Counted from the first letter of the stretch, positions 26,867 through 37,324 are shown. The stretch: DNA of 64,000 nucleotides from an uncultured Acidobacteriota bacterium (GCA_963777605.1 CAVZRV010000007.1:416001-480000); one strand, 5' to 3'. Numbers and translations: made by a program. Notes: generated by a model not told the origin, from the sequence alone.

Positions 26867-27958
26867 ATGAGTGACTATCTTGGCGGAAAAGCGATTGAAC
26901 CACCCCCGATCACCGGCGACCTGTCTATCCGGCAACTCGTTGATCACTACCTGAATGCCTACAACGCAGCCCGGCTGCGCGAAGCCTGTCAGCTCTTTGC
27001 ATCCAGGATGCTGGAAGACGACGTCACCGTCGGCATGTCGCTTTCCGGGGCCCTGACACCGGCCGGAGTCGGGATGTCAAGCCTGATTCCTCTGATCGAA
27101 GCCGGTTACGTTGACTGGCTCGTCTCGACCGGGGCCAACCTATACCACGACACCCATTTCGGGATTGGGTTGTCGCTCCACCAGGGACGAGCACAGGTCA
27201 GCGACGTGGAATTGCGAAGGGAAGGCGTCGTGCGGATCTACGACATCTTCTTCGATTACGAGGTCCTGCTTTCGACCGACCGTTTCTACCGGGAGATCAT
27301 CCAGGCACCAGAATTTCAGAAAAGCATGAGCACTTCCGAATTCCATCATCTGGTCGGCAAATATCTGGATCAGAGAGAGCGGGTCCTCGGCCTCGGCGCA
27401 AAATCGATCCTGGCGGCTGCCTATCGGAACAACGTCCCGGTCTATACCTCCTCTCCGGGAGACTCGTCAATCGGGATGAACGTCGCAGCCCGCGCGCTGG
27501 ATGGCAACGCCCTGGCAATTGATGTCTCGAAAGACGTCAACGAAACGGCCGCCATCGTTCTCGGGGCCAAGCGTACGAGTGGCAAGAGCGCCGTCGTCAT
27601 CCTCGGCGGCGGTTCTCCGAAGAATTTCGTTCTCCAGACTGAGCCGCAGATCCAGGAAGTGCTCGGTATCGATGAAAAAGGCCACGATTACTTTCTTCAG
27701 ATCACCGATGCCCGTCCCGACACCGGGGGACTCTCGGGTGCGACACCCTCGGAAGCGGTGAGCTGGGGGAAAGTTGACCCGAGCAAGCTTCCCGATGCGG
27801 TCGTCTGCTATCTCGACTGCACTGTTGCCGTCCCAATCCTGGCCTCCTACGCTCTCGCGAGCGGCCGGAAGAGGACCAGCAAGGCACTATACAAGCGCCT
27901 GCCTGATCTCATGGCCAGTCTTCGCTCTGAGTACGAGAAGTCGTCCCGCAATCGGTAA
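26867..27958 (+). CDS. Deoxyhypusine synthase-like protein (probable homospermidine synthase)
   Basis: [47 protein letters not shown]. Confidence 0.9.
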   Translation: MSDYLGGKAIEPPPITGDLSIRQLVDHYLNAYNAARLREACQLFASRMLEDDVTVGMSLSGALTPAGVGMSSLIPLIEAGYVDWLVSTGANLYHDTHFGIGLSLHQGRAQVSDVELRREGVVRIYDIFFDYEVLLSTDRFYREIIQAPEFQKSMSTSEFHHLVGKYLDQRERVLGLGAKSILAAAYRNNVPVYTSSPGDSSIGMNVAARALDGNALAIDVSKDVNETAAIVLGAKRTSGKSAVVILGGGSPKNFVLQTEPQIQEVLGIDEKGHDYFLQITDARPDTGGLSGATPSEAVSWGKVDPSKLPDAVVCYLDCTVAVPILASYALASGRKRTSKALYKRLPDLMASLRSEYEKSSRNR

Positions 27959-27982
27959 CCCTGCGGATCTGGTCAGACCTGG

Positions 27983-29224
27983 CTACTTCTGGGTAGTGCC
28001 CACGGGCAGGCTGGACAGAACGAGACCATTCCCGGTCCGAAGGATAACCACGGCCAGAGGCACATCGCTCTCAAACCGGATCGTCCCGTCGAAATCGGAA
28101 TTCTTGATGTCCGGGAAAATCTCCGAGAGGAACTTCGCAGTGTGCTCTCCCGGGCCCAGCAACAGCGCATTCGCGTTCGTGTCAATAACGACCCCTCGCT
28201 GATCGAGCAGGTCTACGCGGGCCGAGGCGTTTTGACTGGAGGTATTGACCGCCGCGATGCCACTGTCGAAGGATCCGGCAACTGCCTTCTGTACGGCGCC
28301 GACACCCGTCACGGAACCCTTCGCTCCGCCAACGCCGGCTTCCGTCTTCACGCCACCAGATTCGGTGACGATTCGGAAAACTGCCGTTCCCTCGATAGGA
28401 ACGTTGCTCGTAATGCGGGCATAGCCAATCGCCAGGGCGGTACCGCCCGACGTTCCAGTCAACGAACTGAATGCAGGCACCGTGAGCGGAAATGAACTGG
28501 CCGCAGTGTTCCCAATCTGCAGTTCCAGGGGGCTTCCGTCGCTGTTGAAAAATTCGACTTCGCCTTTCGCAGTCGAGTTGCTCAAGTTCGAAACCACGAT
28601 CGTCGTCTGGAGGCTATCAGGTTGGATCGCCCCATTACCCACCTGAGCCAAATAAGTGACGAACTGGGGCCGCTGAATGTACTGAACCTGGAGGTCATCC
28701 AGTTCTTCGGAAGCGTTCTCCGCTCCGTAACTGATCACCAGCTTGCTTATTCCCTGGGCGCTCGTGGTGCTGACCGCAACGTCGCGGGCTTCCGCCAGGC
28801 CGTTGATCTGAACGTTCCCGAGAGAGATCCCCAACGGTCCAAAGGCCTCGATCCGAGCCTGCGTCTGGGCAGTCCCCCCGGACAGGATCATCCCTACCTT
28901 GCTGAGGGGATATCGAAAGTTGAGCACCATCGGCCGGTTGGCCGACGTCCCGGAAGAAGGCTGGTTGAGAACCTTGATATTCGTAGACCCGGCAAAAAAC
29001 GTGGCGACCGCAGTGGCGGTGCCCCATTCCCCACGCTGGAATGTGATTCCCCACTCACCCAGCACGTTACTGACATCGGAATTCTCGGAAAGACCGGTGA
29101 AACTGAACTTCGCCGAATCGCCGGAAAAGCCGGGATTGCCGGTGACATCACTTAACTGGGCCGCGAGGGGAGCCGTCAGAATGAAGAAAATTGAAAACAA
29201 GACGATCAGAACGGTGCGCTGCAT
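27983..29224 (-). CDS. Secreted protein with shared ~220-aa C-terminal module
   Basis: GGAGGAG RBS, signal peptide; C-terminus YLAQVGNG..DSGIAAVN..HTAKFLSEIFP..FDG..SSLPV. Confidence 0.82.
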   Translation of the reverse strand: MQRTVLIVLFSIFFILTAPLAAQLSDVTGNPGFSGDSAKFSFTGLSENSDVSNVLGEWGITFQRGEWGTATAVATFFAGSTNIKVLNQPSSGTSANRPMVLNFRYPLSKVGMILSGGTAQTQARIEAFGPLGISLGNVQINGLAEARDVAVSTTSAQGISKLVISYGAENASEELDDLQVQYIQRPQFVTYLAQVGNGAIQPDSLQTTIVVSNLSNSTAKGEVEFFNSDGSPLELQIGNTAASSFPLTVPAFSSLTGTSGGTALAIGYARITSNVPIEGTAVFRIVTESGGVKTEAGVGGAKGSVTGVGAVQKAVAGSFDSGIAAVNTSSQNASARVDLLDQRGVVIDTNANALLLGPGEHTAKFLSEIFPDIKNSDFDGTIRFESDVPLAVVILRTGNGLVLSSLPVGTTQK

Positions 29225-29361
29225 CTCACTCCTCCAAATTGCAGTTCGGTTCGTAACAACTCCCCCAAGTTTCAACGCCGAGAAGATATTATATAGGTTT
29301 GGCGCCTTGCCCAGCAGGACGCTCCCATCGAAACACATCCCAAGGGAGGAGACTTGATCAT

Positions 29362-30081
29362 ATGAATCTTCAGAATAGAAATGCCATTGTCACCGGAAGT
29401 ACCAAAGGGATCGGTTTAGCAGTCGCCGAGGCATTGCTTGTCGCCGGCACCAACGTGGTGATCTCTTCTCGCCACGAAAAGGAAGTTGGAGCGACCGTCG
29501 AGCGACTGGCTGCCCGCACGTCTTCGAGGGTGATCGGCCGAGTCTGCGATGTCCAGCGCGCCGATCAGGTCCGAGACCTGGTCGGGTTTACAGTCAGCGA
29601 ACTGGGAGGCCTGGATATTCTGATCAACAACGCCGGTGTGGGAATGTTCCAGGACGTTGAGGAGATGAGCCCGGAGAGTTGGCGCAAGGTCATTGCGACA
29701 AACCTCGACAGCCTCTTTTACACCTGCCACTACGCTATCCCGGAAATGCGCAAGCGCGGCGATGGATTCGTGATCAACATCGGGAGCCTTGCGGGGAAAA
29801 ATGCATTTCCCGGGGGTGCGGCCTACAACGCGTCGAAGTTCGGACTCGTCGGCTTCAGCGAAGCATTGATGCAGGAGGTACGCCACGATGATATTCAGGT
29901 CGCCTACGTCATGCCGGGCAGCGTCGATACCTGGTTCGGGGGAAGACCTCCGGTGGGAGAAGAGTCGTGGAAACTCAGCGCCGGTGACATTGCCCAGATC
30001 GTGATCGAAACCTTGAGCCGCAACTCGCGCTGCCTGACCAGCCGCATTGAAGTGCGTCCCTCCAAACCACCCAAGAAGTGA
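29362..30081 (+). CDS. Short-chain dehydrogenase/reductase
   Basis: GGAGG RBS; TGSTKGIG, NNAG, YNASK. Confidence 0.9.
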   Translation: MNLQNRNAIVTGSTKGIGLAVAEALLVAGTNVVISSRHEKEVGATVERLAARTSSRVIGRVCDVQRADQVRDLVGFTVSELGGLDILINNAGVGMFQDVEEMSPESWRKVIATNLDSLFYTCHYAIPEMRKRGDGFVINIGSLAGKNAFPGGAAYNASKFGLVGFSEALMQEVRHDDIQVAYVMPGSVDTWFGGRPPVGEESWKLSAGDIAQIVIETLSRNSRCLTSRIEVRPSKPPKK

Positions 30082-30088
30082 AGACGAG

Positions 30089-31039
30089 TTACGGAGACGG
30101 GTATTCCAGTTGGGCCGTCTTGGGGTGAAACCGGGCCAGGAAGTGCTGTGAGCAGGCTCCACAGAAACAGGAGAGTTCCAGGTAACGTCCTCCAGCCTTG
30201 AGGTCGCTGCGATCAAGAATTTTCACCTGCTTCGCATGACACTGAGAACACTCGAGCAGCGAAGTCGGGATCTTGATTTCCGACCGCGTTTTCACCCCGC
30301 GCGGGCGGAAATCCATACCCGCCTTGTGAATCTCGGAGCGAGCGTCGGGGCCGGAAATGTGGACAACTTCACACATCTCCATGAGCCGCGAGTGAAGCCG
30401 CGTCCCGATCCGCTCTTCCAGGTTTTGATCCCCTCCGCGACTCGGTCGCTCTCCCTTCTTCGAGGCCGCCAAAAGGTGCCAGTTGGTCGTCAGAATGGTG
30501 TGCTTCCGGTTGGTATAGCGATAGTTAATCACCATCCTGGTCGTTTCGCGGACCCAATCCGTCGGCCGTCCGGTCCCCAGGTCGTCCCAGATAAGAAGGT
30601 CCGCCTCCATCAGGGGCATCATGACTTCTCGTTCGGTATCCGGGGAATCCGGCCCGTAGGAGTACTGGAGGCGGCGAAGCAGTTCGGCCTCATCAACGAA
30701 CCGTCCGTTGACACCGCGTTCGACCACCAGACTCTTCAGAATAGCCACAGCAAGATGAGTTTTGCCGACGCCACAGTCGCCTACGAACAGCAACCCACGT
30801 TCGACATCCGGAAAACCGTCAACGAAATCGATCGAGCGGGTCAGGGCAGCCTGCTGGGACGGGTGATGCACGGAGTAGAGTTCGAATCCCCGATCAAGAT
30901 AGCGGGGAGGAATCTGGGCCAGTTCAACCCGGCGCGACTTCGAGGCTGAATCTCGACAGTCGGGACAGGGGACTACCGCCTCTGCCGATCCCTTTTGTTG
31001 CAGAATCCAGCCGGTGTCCCGGCACCTCGAGCAAGCCAT
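30089..31039 (-). CDS. DnaC/IstB-like AAA+ ATPase with N- and C-terminal Zn motifs
   Basis: CSRCRDTGW..CPDC, IPPRY, GDCGVGKTHLA, LIWDDLG, TTN, SRLMEMC; extra CSQC..CGAC tail. Confidence 0.85.
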   Translation of the reverse strand: MACSRCRDTGWILQQKGSAEAVVPCPDCRDSASKSRRVELAQIPPRYLDRGFELYSVHHPSQQAALTRSIDFVDGFPDVERGLLFVGDCGVGKTHLAVAILKSLVVERGVNGRFVDEAELLRRLQYSYGPDSPDTEREVMMPLMEADLLIWDDLGTGRPTDWVRETTRMVINYRYTNRKHTILTTNWHLLAASKKGERPSRGGDQNLEERIGTRLHSRLMEMCEVVHISGPDARSEIHKAGMDFRPRGVKTRSEIKIPTSLLECSQCHAKQVKILDRSDLKAGGRYLELSCFCGACSQHFLARFHPKTAQLEYPSP

Positions 31040-31249
31040 CGAGTGCTCAAGATAGCACGGAGGCAGAAAAATCCGAAAGGTGCGGGGAACCGATTTGGTT
31101 TGAATCTCGCAACGGGCTGACTTAGAATGGTTGCGGAGTCTCTGCTGGCATCGGATCGGCACGATTGCTCCGCATCGGCGGTCCACCGTCTCGGTTGGCT
31201 CGTCAATCCACCTCGAATCTTCAAACGTCTAAGCGTTAAGGATCCTGAA

Positions 31250-31705
31250 ATGAGCCGCAAATACCGACAGGCCGGATATCAGGACTCGGGCCCGAAGGAA
31301 CGCCTGCAACCGCAGCGGTCGGAGCGCAGCCCGCTTCACCGGGAAGGCCCCCGTTCTCCGAAAATGCCGGGACTGGGACGCGTCGTAAAGTGTGCGATGT
31401 GCGGACTGAAGCTGCCGCCGAACTTCGAAGAGATCGCTTACACGAGTCAGTGCCCCAGGTGTTCAGCCGATCTGCACACTTGCCGAAACTGTGTCTTTTT
31501 CAACCCGGCTTCCCGTTTTGAATGCGAGCAGTCGATCCCGCGCAGAGTCAGCCCAAAAGACAAGCGGGCCGACTGCGACTTCTTCGAAGTCCGTTCCACG
31601 GTAGAGAAGATTACGTCTTCAATCACTTCAAACGCCGGAATCAGCGCCGGCCCGCAGAACTCGGACGACGCTCGAACCGCCTTCGAGAACCTCTTCAAAC
31701 GTTAG
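31250..31705 (+). CDS. Cys-rich zinc-finger hypothetical protein
   Basis: CAMC, CPRCSADLHTCRNC, FEC, CDFF; ends AFENLFK. Confidence 0.8.
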   Translation: MSRKYRQAGYQDSGPKERLQPQRSERSPLHREGPRSPKMPGLGRVVKCAMCGLKLPPNFEEIAYTSQCPRCSADLHTCRNCVFFNPASRFECEQSIPRRVSPKDKRADCDFFEVRSTVEKITSSITSNAGISAGPQNSDDARTAFENLFKR

Positions 31706-31723
31706 CAGCCCATTTCGCAAGCC

Positions 31724-32512
31724 ATGAGAATTCTCGTTTGTGTCAAGGAAGTCCCGGACCGGGATTCCCGCTACCAACTTGCCGACGACGGCCGCTGGTA
31801 CGACGAGAGCCAGGTGTCCTTTGTGGCCGGAGAATGTGACGAGTACGCCCTCGAAGAAGCACTCCGCCTGAAGGAGACTCATGGCGGGGAGGTCGTCCTG
31901 GTTTCGGTGGGAGGGATCCGAGCCGAGAAGGTCCTCCGCAAGGGCTTGGCGATGGGTGCCGATCGCGGGATTCTGGTCGTAGCGGACCCGGGCCGGGCTT
32001 CCCTGGGCCCCTTTGAGACGGCTTCCGCGTTGGCGACAGTTCTAAAAAGCGAACAGGTTGACTTGATCCTGGCCGGGACTCAATCGGATGATTCGGGCAA
32101 TGGGCAAACAGCGATCATCCTGGCCGAACTGCTCGGTCTTCCCCATGCCTCCATTGCGATGCAGGTTGAGGCCGATCCCGCTCACGGGAGTGTGAAGGTT
32201 CTCAAGGAGATGGAAAGCGGGACCTTCCAGTCCCTGCGGCTGTCCCTGCCCGCAGTGGTTGGAATCCAGGCAGGTAGCTCACCAATCCGCTTCGTCTCGC
32301 TGAAGGGGATCATGCAGGCCAAGAAGAAGGAGATTGCGCAGCTGCCCTGGTCCCAGATGGGAATCGATGAGGCTGAGATTCCGTCGCTTGAGATCGAGCG
32401 CCTTTACGTTCCGAAGGTCGAACGGCGCGCCGAGATATTGGAAGGTGAGCCGGCGGATGTAGTCGAAAGGTTGATCGAGAAACTGCGGCTCGAAGCCAAG
32501 GTACTGGAATAG
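31724..32512 (+). CDS. etfB: Electron transfer flavoprotein beta subunit
   Basis: ILVCVKEVPD, DEYALEEALRL, LAMGADR, GTQSDD, SLKGIMQAKKK. Confidence 0.93.
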   Translation: MRILVCVKEVPDRDSRYQLADDGRWYDESQVSFVAGECDEYALEEALRLKETHGGEVVLVSVGGIRAEKVLRKGLAMGADRGILVVADPGRASLGPFETASALATVLKSEQVDLILAGTQSDDSGNGQTAIILAELLGLPHASIAMQVEADPAHGSVKVLKEMESGTFQSLRLSLPAVVGIQAGSSPIRFVSLKGIMQAKKKEIAQLPWSQMGIDEAEIPSLEIERLYVPKVERRAEILEGEPADVVERLIEKLRLEAKVLE

Positions 32513-32526
32513 GTCCGAGGGGGTAA

Positions 32527-33510
32527 ATGCTGAAGAAAGTTCTGGTTCTTGTCGACTTCGGAGAGAACTCGATCCGGCAGGTTTCGCTCGAAGCACTCGG
32601 TCTCGCAAAGGAACTGGCGGCGGACTCGGAAGGGTTGGTCACTGCCCTGGCCGCGGGATCGAATCTCGACCAGGCAGTCGAACAGCTCTTGCATACCCCT
32701 GCGGACGTGATCCAGGCCCTGGATCACGAAAGCCTTTCTCCCTTCGACCCGGAAGTCTGGTGCTCGGCCCTGACCCGCGTGATCCGCTCTCAACAGCCCG
32801 ACCTCGTGCTCATGGGCCAGACCTATCGCAATATGGATCTTGCCCCCCGTCTGTCGGCGCGGCTCAGGACGGCTCTCGTCAGCGGGTGTACAGACTACCG
32901 ACAGGATTCCGGCGAGTTGCTCTTCGTCCGCCCGATGTTTCGCGGGAAGCTCAATGCGGACGTCCGAGTTCGATCCCCGAAACCGTGGCTCGTGACCATT
33001 CAACCCGGGGCCTTCAATGCTGCCACTGAGACAGGACGGGCGGCAGCTGCGAGCCGCCTCGATCTGGAGGGTCCTCCGACGGCTCGCAGCTGGGAGTTGC
33101 TGGACACGACTGAAGTCGCCCGCGAACGGGTGGACCTTTCCCGGGCTGACGTCATCGTGGGAGTAGGCCGCGGCATCAAGAAGCAGGAGAACCTGAAACT
33201 GGCCGAGGACCTCGCTGACGTCCTTCATGCCGAAATCGGCGCCAGCCGTCCCGTGGTTGACAGCGACTGGGTCGAAAGAGATCGTCAAATCGGCAGTTCG
33301 GGACAGACAGTCAGCCCACGCCTCTACATCAGCCTGGGCATCTCGGGAGCGATCCAGCACGTGGTGGGGATCAAGGATTCCGGCTGTATCGTCGCCGTGA
33401 ACAATGATCCCAATGCACCGATTTTCAACCTCGCTACTTACGGGATTGTCGGGGACGTCGAAACAATCGTCCCTCTCCTCACGGAACGCCTTCGTCAAAT
33501 CAGGGATTGA
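32527..33510 (+). CDS. etfA: Electron transfer flavoprotein alpha subunit
   Basis: GVGRG, GASRPVVD, QIGSSG, GISGAIQH, NNDPNAPIF. Confidence 0.95.
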   Translation: MLKKVLVLVDFGENSIRQVSLEALGLAKELAADSEGLVTALAAGSNLDQAVEQLLHTPADVIQALDHESLSPFDPEVWCSALTRVIRSQQPDLVLMGQTYRNMDLAPRLSARLRTALVSGCTDYRQDSGELLFVRPMFRGKLNADVRVRSPKPWLVTIQPGAFNAATETGRAAAASRLDLEGPPTARSWELLDTTEVARERVDLSRADVIVGVGRGIKKQENLKLAEDLADVLHAEIGASRPVVDSDWVERDRQIGSSGQTVSPRLYISLGISGAIQHVVGIKDSGCIVAVNNDPNAPIFNLATYGIVGDVETIVPLLTERLRQIRD

Positions 33511-33554
33511 CATTTCCTTCCGGGCAACTGATGTTGGGGAAAAGAGTGGTATCA

Positions 33555-34958
33555 ATGAAGGCAATAGTTTCTATACTTTCCCTGCTTCTCCTGGTGACAG
33601 CTTGCGGCTCCCGAGAGGAAGCCCACAAGGAGACGGGTTCTTCCCCAAACTTCGTCATCATCTTCTGTGATGACCTCGGCTACGGAGATCTGGGCATCTT
33701 CGGGCACCCGACCATTCACACTCCGCGCATCGACAGAATGGCGGAGACGGGTCAGAAGTGGACCAACTTCTACGTCGGGGCGTCAGTGTGCACTCCAAGC
33801 CGGGCGGCGCTGATGACAGGGCGACTGCCGATTCGTTCAGGCATGTGCTCCACCGAACGCCGGGTCCTCTTCCCCGATTCGGCCGGGGGTCTCCCCGACA
33901 GCGAGGTAACGATCGCGGAAGCACTCCAGGACAAGGGCTACACGACCGCGTGTGTCGGGAAATGGCACCTCGGTCACCTGCCCCAATACTTGCCGCTTCG
34001 CCAGGGCTTCGACTACTACTTCGGTATCCCTTATTCCAACGACATGGACCGGGATCCCTCTTCTCCTCCGGGACGGGCAGCGTTTCTCGATCCCCGCGTC
34101 GAGTACTGGAACGTGCCCCTGATGCGCAACGACGAGATCATCGAACGGCCTGCCGTCCAGACCACCATTACCCAGCGTTACACACAAGAAGTCATTGACT
34201 TCATCGAGCAGAATCGCGAACAGCCCTTCTTCGTTTACCTGGCCCACAGCCTTCCCCACGTCCCGCTGTTTCGATCGCCCGACTTCGAGAATCGCAGCTT
34301 GCGCGGCCTCTATGGCGATGTCGTGGAAGAAATCGACTGGAGCGTCGGCCAGATCCTCGACACCCTCGACCGACTCAATCTCAGTGACAACACGCTGGTC
34401 GTGTTCACAAGCGACAACGGCCCCTGGCTGACCTATGACCAACTGGGCGGCTCAGCCGGTCTGCTGCGGGGTGGGAAGGGTGGCACCTACGAGGGTGGCA
34501 TGCGAGAACCGACCATCTTCCGCTGGCCTGGCCGAATCCAGCCGGAGGTCGTGCCGCAACTGGGATCCACCCTGGACCTGCTTCCAACCTTCGTGTCCCT
34601 GGCCTCTGCTGCGCTACCCTCCGATCGGACTCTCGACGGGTTCGACCTGAGCCCGGTGCTCTTCGGAACCGGGCCGTCTCCAAGGGAGGACATGTTCTAT
34701 TACCGGGGAACGGAGCTCTTCGCGGTACGACACGGAGCCTACAAGGCTCACTTCACCACCCAACCCGCGTACACCGGGGAGGGCCCTGCGCGGCACGATC
34801 CCCCGCTTCTGTTCAACCTGGAGGTTGACCCATCCGAGAAGTACGACCTGTCCGGAGAGCTCCCGTTGGTGGTCCAGCAACTGACCGCGATCGCCCGCGC
34901 ACATCAGGCAACCGTGCAACCCGTGGCGAACCAGCTGGAGCGAAGGATTTCCGAGTGA
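33555..34958 (+). CDS. Sulfatase (arylsulfatase A-like), probable lipoprotein
   Basis: VTAC lipobox, DDLGYGD, CTPSRAALMTGR, GKWHLG, SDNG. Confidence 0.93.
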   Translation: MKAIVSILSLLLLVTACGSREEAHKETGSSPNFVIIFCDDLGYGDLGIFGHPTIHTPRIDRMAETGQKWTNFYVGASVCTPSRAALMTGRLPIRSGMCSTERRVLFPDSAGGLPDSEVTIAEALQDKGYTTACVGKWHLGHLPQYLPLRQGFDYYFGIPYSNDMDRDPSSPPGRAAFLDPRVEYWNVPLMRNDEIIERPAVQTTITQRYTQEVIDFIEQNREQPFFVYLAHSLPHVPLFRSPDFENRSLRGLYGDVVEEIDWSVGQILDTLDRLNLSDNTLVVFTSDNGPWLTYDQLGGSAGLLRGGKGGTYEGGMREPTIFRWPGRIQPEVVPQLGSTLDLLPTFVSLASAALPSDRTLDGFDLSPVLFGTGPSPREDMFYYRGTELFAVRHGAYKAHFTTQPAYTGEGPARHDPPLLFNLEVDPSEKYDLSGELPLVVQQLTAIARAHQATVQPVANQLERRISE

Positions 34959-35026
34959 CCTGAATCTCTCGGGAAGGTCGAATCCTGCTGATTCCGGACG
35001 CCCGACGGACCGGACTCGCGCAAACG

Positions 35027-35812
35027 CTACTCCACGTCTTCCCCTTCGAACCCGAAGTGCCGGAAATTCTCTCTCGACCAGTCCGAGCAAGCGAAATCGA
35101 AAAGTTCCCGGGCTTTGAAAGCGTGGTCGGAGAGGAGGACGAGCGGATATCGGATCTCCCCCGTCAAATCCGGGCCGAGGCGGCAGACGACTCGGACACG
35201 AGACGAGATGGCGGCATCGGTTGAATAGACGAAGCCCGCATCGACCTCTCCGGACTCCACGTAGGCCAGCGCCTGCCGAACGTCAACTGCCGCGACGATC
35301 TTGGGCAGCAGAGCCGTCCACAAGCCGAGTTTCTCCATCGCCTTCCTGGCGTACGTCCCGGCCGGAACCGAATCCGGAGCACCCGCACTGATGAGTCGGA
35401 ACCGGGAATTAAGCAGGTCCTCGGGACGGAGGGCCTCAACGGACGACCTCTCCGGGACAACGACCACGAGAGCATTTCCGACCAGATCGTTCCTCGCCAC
35501 CACCCTGTCTTCATCTTCCAGGAGATCAACCCATTCGGGGTGGGCCGAGAGGAAAAGATCGGCTCGAGCGCCAGCCCGGATTTGTTGCGCAAGGGTGGCT
35601 GACGATGCAAAATTGCACATCACCCTCGCAGAATGCTCCTTCTCGAACTCCGCCACCAGCGCCCTGACGGCGTCCGAGGAGCTCGCGGCGGCAAAAAACA
35701 TCAACTCCGGCGTGGAGGACTCCCCCTCGGTTCTGCAGGAGACGGTACCCAACAGGAGAAGTGTGATGAGAACAGCCCGTCGCGACCAATTCAGGTTCCA
35801 GGGCAACGCCAT
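35027..35812 (-). CDS. modA: Molybdate ABC transporter substrate-binding protein
   Basis: FAAASS, NFASSATLAQQI, ADLFLSA, VPAGTYA, DVRQAL, GFVYSTDA, IRYP. modBC are not in the window. Confidence 0.9.
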   Translation of the reverse strand: MALPWNLNWSRRAVLITLLLLGTVSCRTEGESSTPELMFFAAASSSDAVRALVAEFEKEHSARVMCNFASSATLAQQIRAGARADLFLSAHPEWVDLLEDEDRVVARNDLVGNALVVVVPERSSVEALRPEDLLNSRFRLISAGAPDSVPAGTYARKAMEKLGLWTALLPKIVAAVDVRQALAYVESGEVDAGFVYSTDAAISSRVRVVCRLGPDLTGEIRYPLVLLSDHAFKARELFDFACSDWSRENFRHFGFEGEDVE

Positions 35813-36073
35813 TTTCAGACCGATTCCTTCTCGGATGATTTCGAATTTCCCGGACTTCCTGCGGATTGCGCCCGTGAAGGTCCCTGCTCGTGGCCGAAGA
35901 CTTCGCCCTCCAGGCGGGATTCGGCGACGGCGCTGCACTGAACACTCCGAGAACTGCAAGAGTTTAAATCGTCGAGTCATCACATTCCAAGCTCTCCGAA
36001 CGAGGATGGCGATGTTCTGTGTTGGGAACGAAAGAGGGATCTTGCCGGCACCGCATTTCCGGGCTGGCCCGGA

Positions 36074-36670
36074 CTACTGGAGGATCTTCATGCCGTTCTC
36101 CAGTACCCAGAACAACTCCCTGGCACTCTTGGGTGGGATTTCGAAAAACCGGGCCCGAACGCTCCCGTCGCGAAGAAGGCGGCCCGCTACGTCCAGAAGA
36201 AGTCGCAGTTGAAGCCTGCTCTTCTTCCAGGCCGCCGACAGACCCCGCCACCCCTCAAAATTGACCATCCAGATGGTGCCGTCGTCGAACTTCACCACGT
36301 ACATTTCCGGCATCTCGTCAACGCCGATGATCTGGTCGAGTGACGAAACATCCGCACTGGTATCCTGTGCTTCCTCTGCCATGGCCGCTGAGTCGAGCAC
36401 TACCCGGCGCGGAGGGTCCAGAGGGATCACTTCGTCTACCACGGTCACTTCATTTCCTTCCCCGATTGCGACCTGGTGAATAAGCGCAGGAAATTCCTTA
36501 ACCCTCCAGCCGGCCACGTAGATGGCGATCGACTCTTCTTCCACCTCAAGAAAGCGGTGCCCCTCCTTGATCAACGCCAGCCGTTGCGAGAGCGCGGAAG
36601 GATCTGCAGCAGCAGCATCGGCCAACCCCGCCAGGAAACTGATTGTCAAGAACAAAACGGTCAGTCGCAA
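36074..36670 (-). CDS. Exported hypothetical protein, possible degenerate YkuD fold
   Basis: Signal peptide; last gene of the L,D-transpeptidase run; no His/Cys catalytic motif. Confidence 0.65.
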   Translation of the reverse strand: MRLTVLFLTISFLAGLADAAAADPSALSQRLALIKEGHRFLEVEEESIAIYVAGWRVKEFPALIHQVAIGEGNEVTVVDEVIPLDPPRRVVLDSAAMAEEAQDTSADVSSLDQIIGVDEMPEMYVVKFDDGTIWMVNFEGWRGLSAAWKKSRLQLRLLLDVAGRLLRDGSVRARFFEIPPKSARELFWVLENGMKILQ

Positions 36671-36685
36671 TTCAAAGCCTCTCGG

Positions 36686-37324
36686 TCAGTAGATAAAGAC
36701 TTTTGTTCCAATCGGGACCTTCTTTGCCAACGCCGCCAGGTCGTCTCCACCCAGTCGGATACAGCCGTGCGTCACGTTGGTTCCCAGGAGCCGGGGGTAG
36801 AGGGTCCCGTGGATGAAATAGCCGTCTCCAATTCCGAGGGCATATTTCCCCAGCACTCCGCGTTCGAAACGGTCGCCCTCTTTCTTGGGGACCGGTTCCC
36901 CCTCTTCGAGAAAAGCCCAGTCCGGTCTTCTCCATACCGGGTTGCGAGTCTTACTGATCACCCGGAAGGCTCCTCGAGGAGTTCGAAACGTCCATTTCTT
37001 GTCGGCGGACACCAACTCCACGCCGCTGCCGGTTGAGCAGACCGCCTCCATCAAGATCTCGCCACCCTTTCGAAGATAGAGGCGGTTTCGGGCCGTATCC
37101 ACGAGAATGTAGAGTCCCCCGATGCGGGCTTTCTCGATCTGCCGGTTAAGGGCCTGTGCTTCAGCGTTGCCCGGATCACCCGGCCCAGGCGCCTCTCCTC
37201 CCTGCCCGCCCATCAGGGAATAGGCCAGGAGGACGAAAACGCCCAATACACCCAGCCCGATGACGCCGGTTCCGCCCAGTCTAAGCCTGCGATTCCACGC
37301 CTGTCCTATTGGCCTATTCGACAT
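36686..37324 (-). CDS. L,D-transpeptidase (YkuD)
   Basis: CSTG, TPRG, FIHGT..VTHGCIRL. Confidence 0.92.
   Translation of the reverse strand: MSNRPIGQAWNRRLRLGGTGVIGLGVLGVFVLLAYSLMGGQGGEAPGPGDPGNAEAQALNRQIEKARIGGLYILVDTARNRLYLRKGGEILMEAVCSTGSGVELVSADKKWTFRTPRGAFRVISKTRNPVWRRPDWAFLEEGEPVPKKEGDRFERGVLGKYALGIGDGYFIHGTLYPRLLGTNVTHGCIRLGGDDLAALAKKVPIGTKVFIY

Noticed and set aside
30089-31039. IS21 element or prophage replication module
   Set aside because: No IstA, terminal repeats or phage genes; flanked by housekeeping genes.
35828-35953. Canonical Moco riboswitch
   Set aside because: Conserved Moco segments are not recognisable on the modA strand, so it is reported only as a candidate leader.
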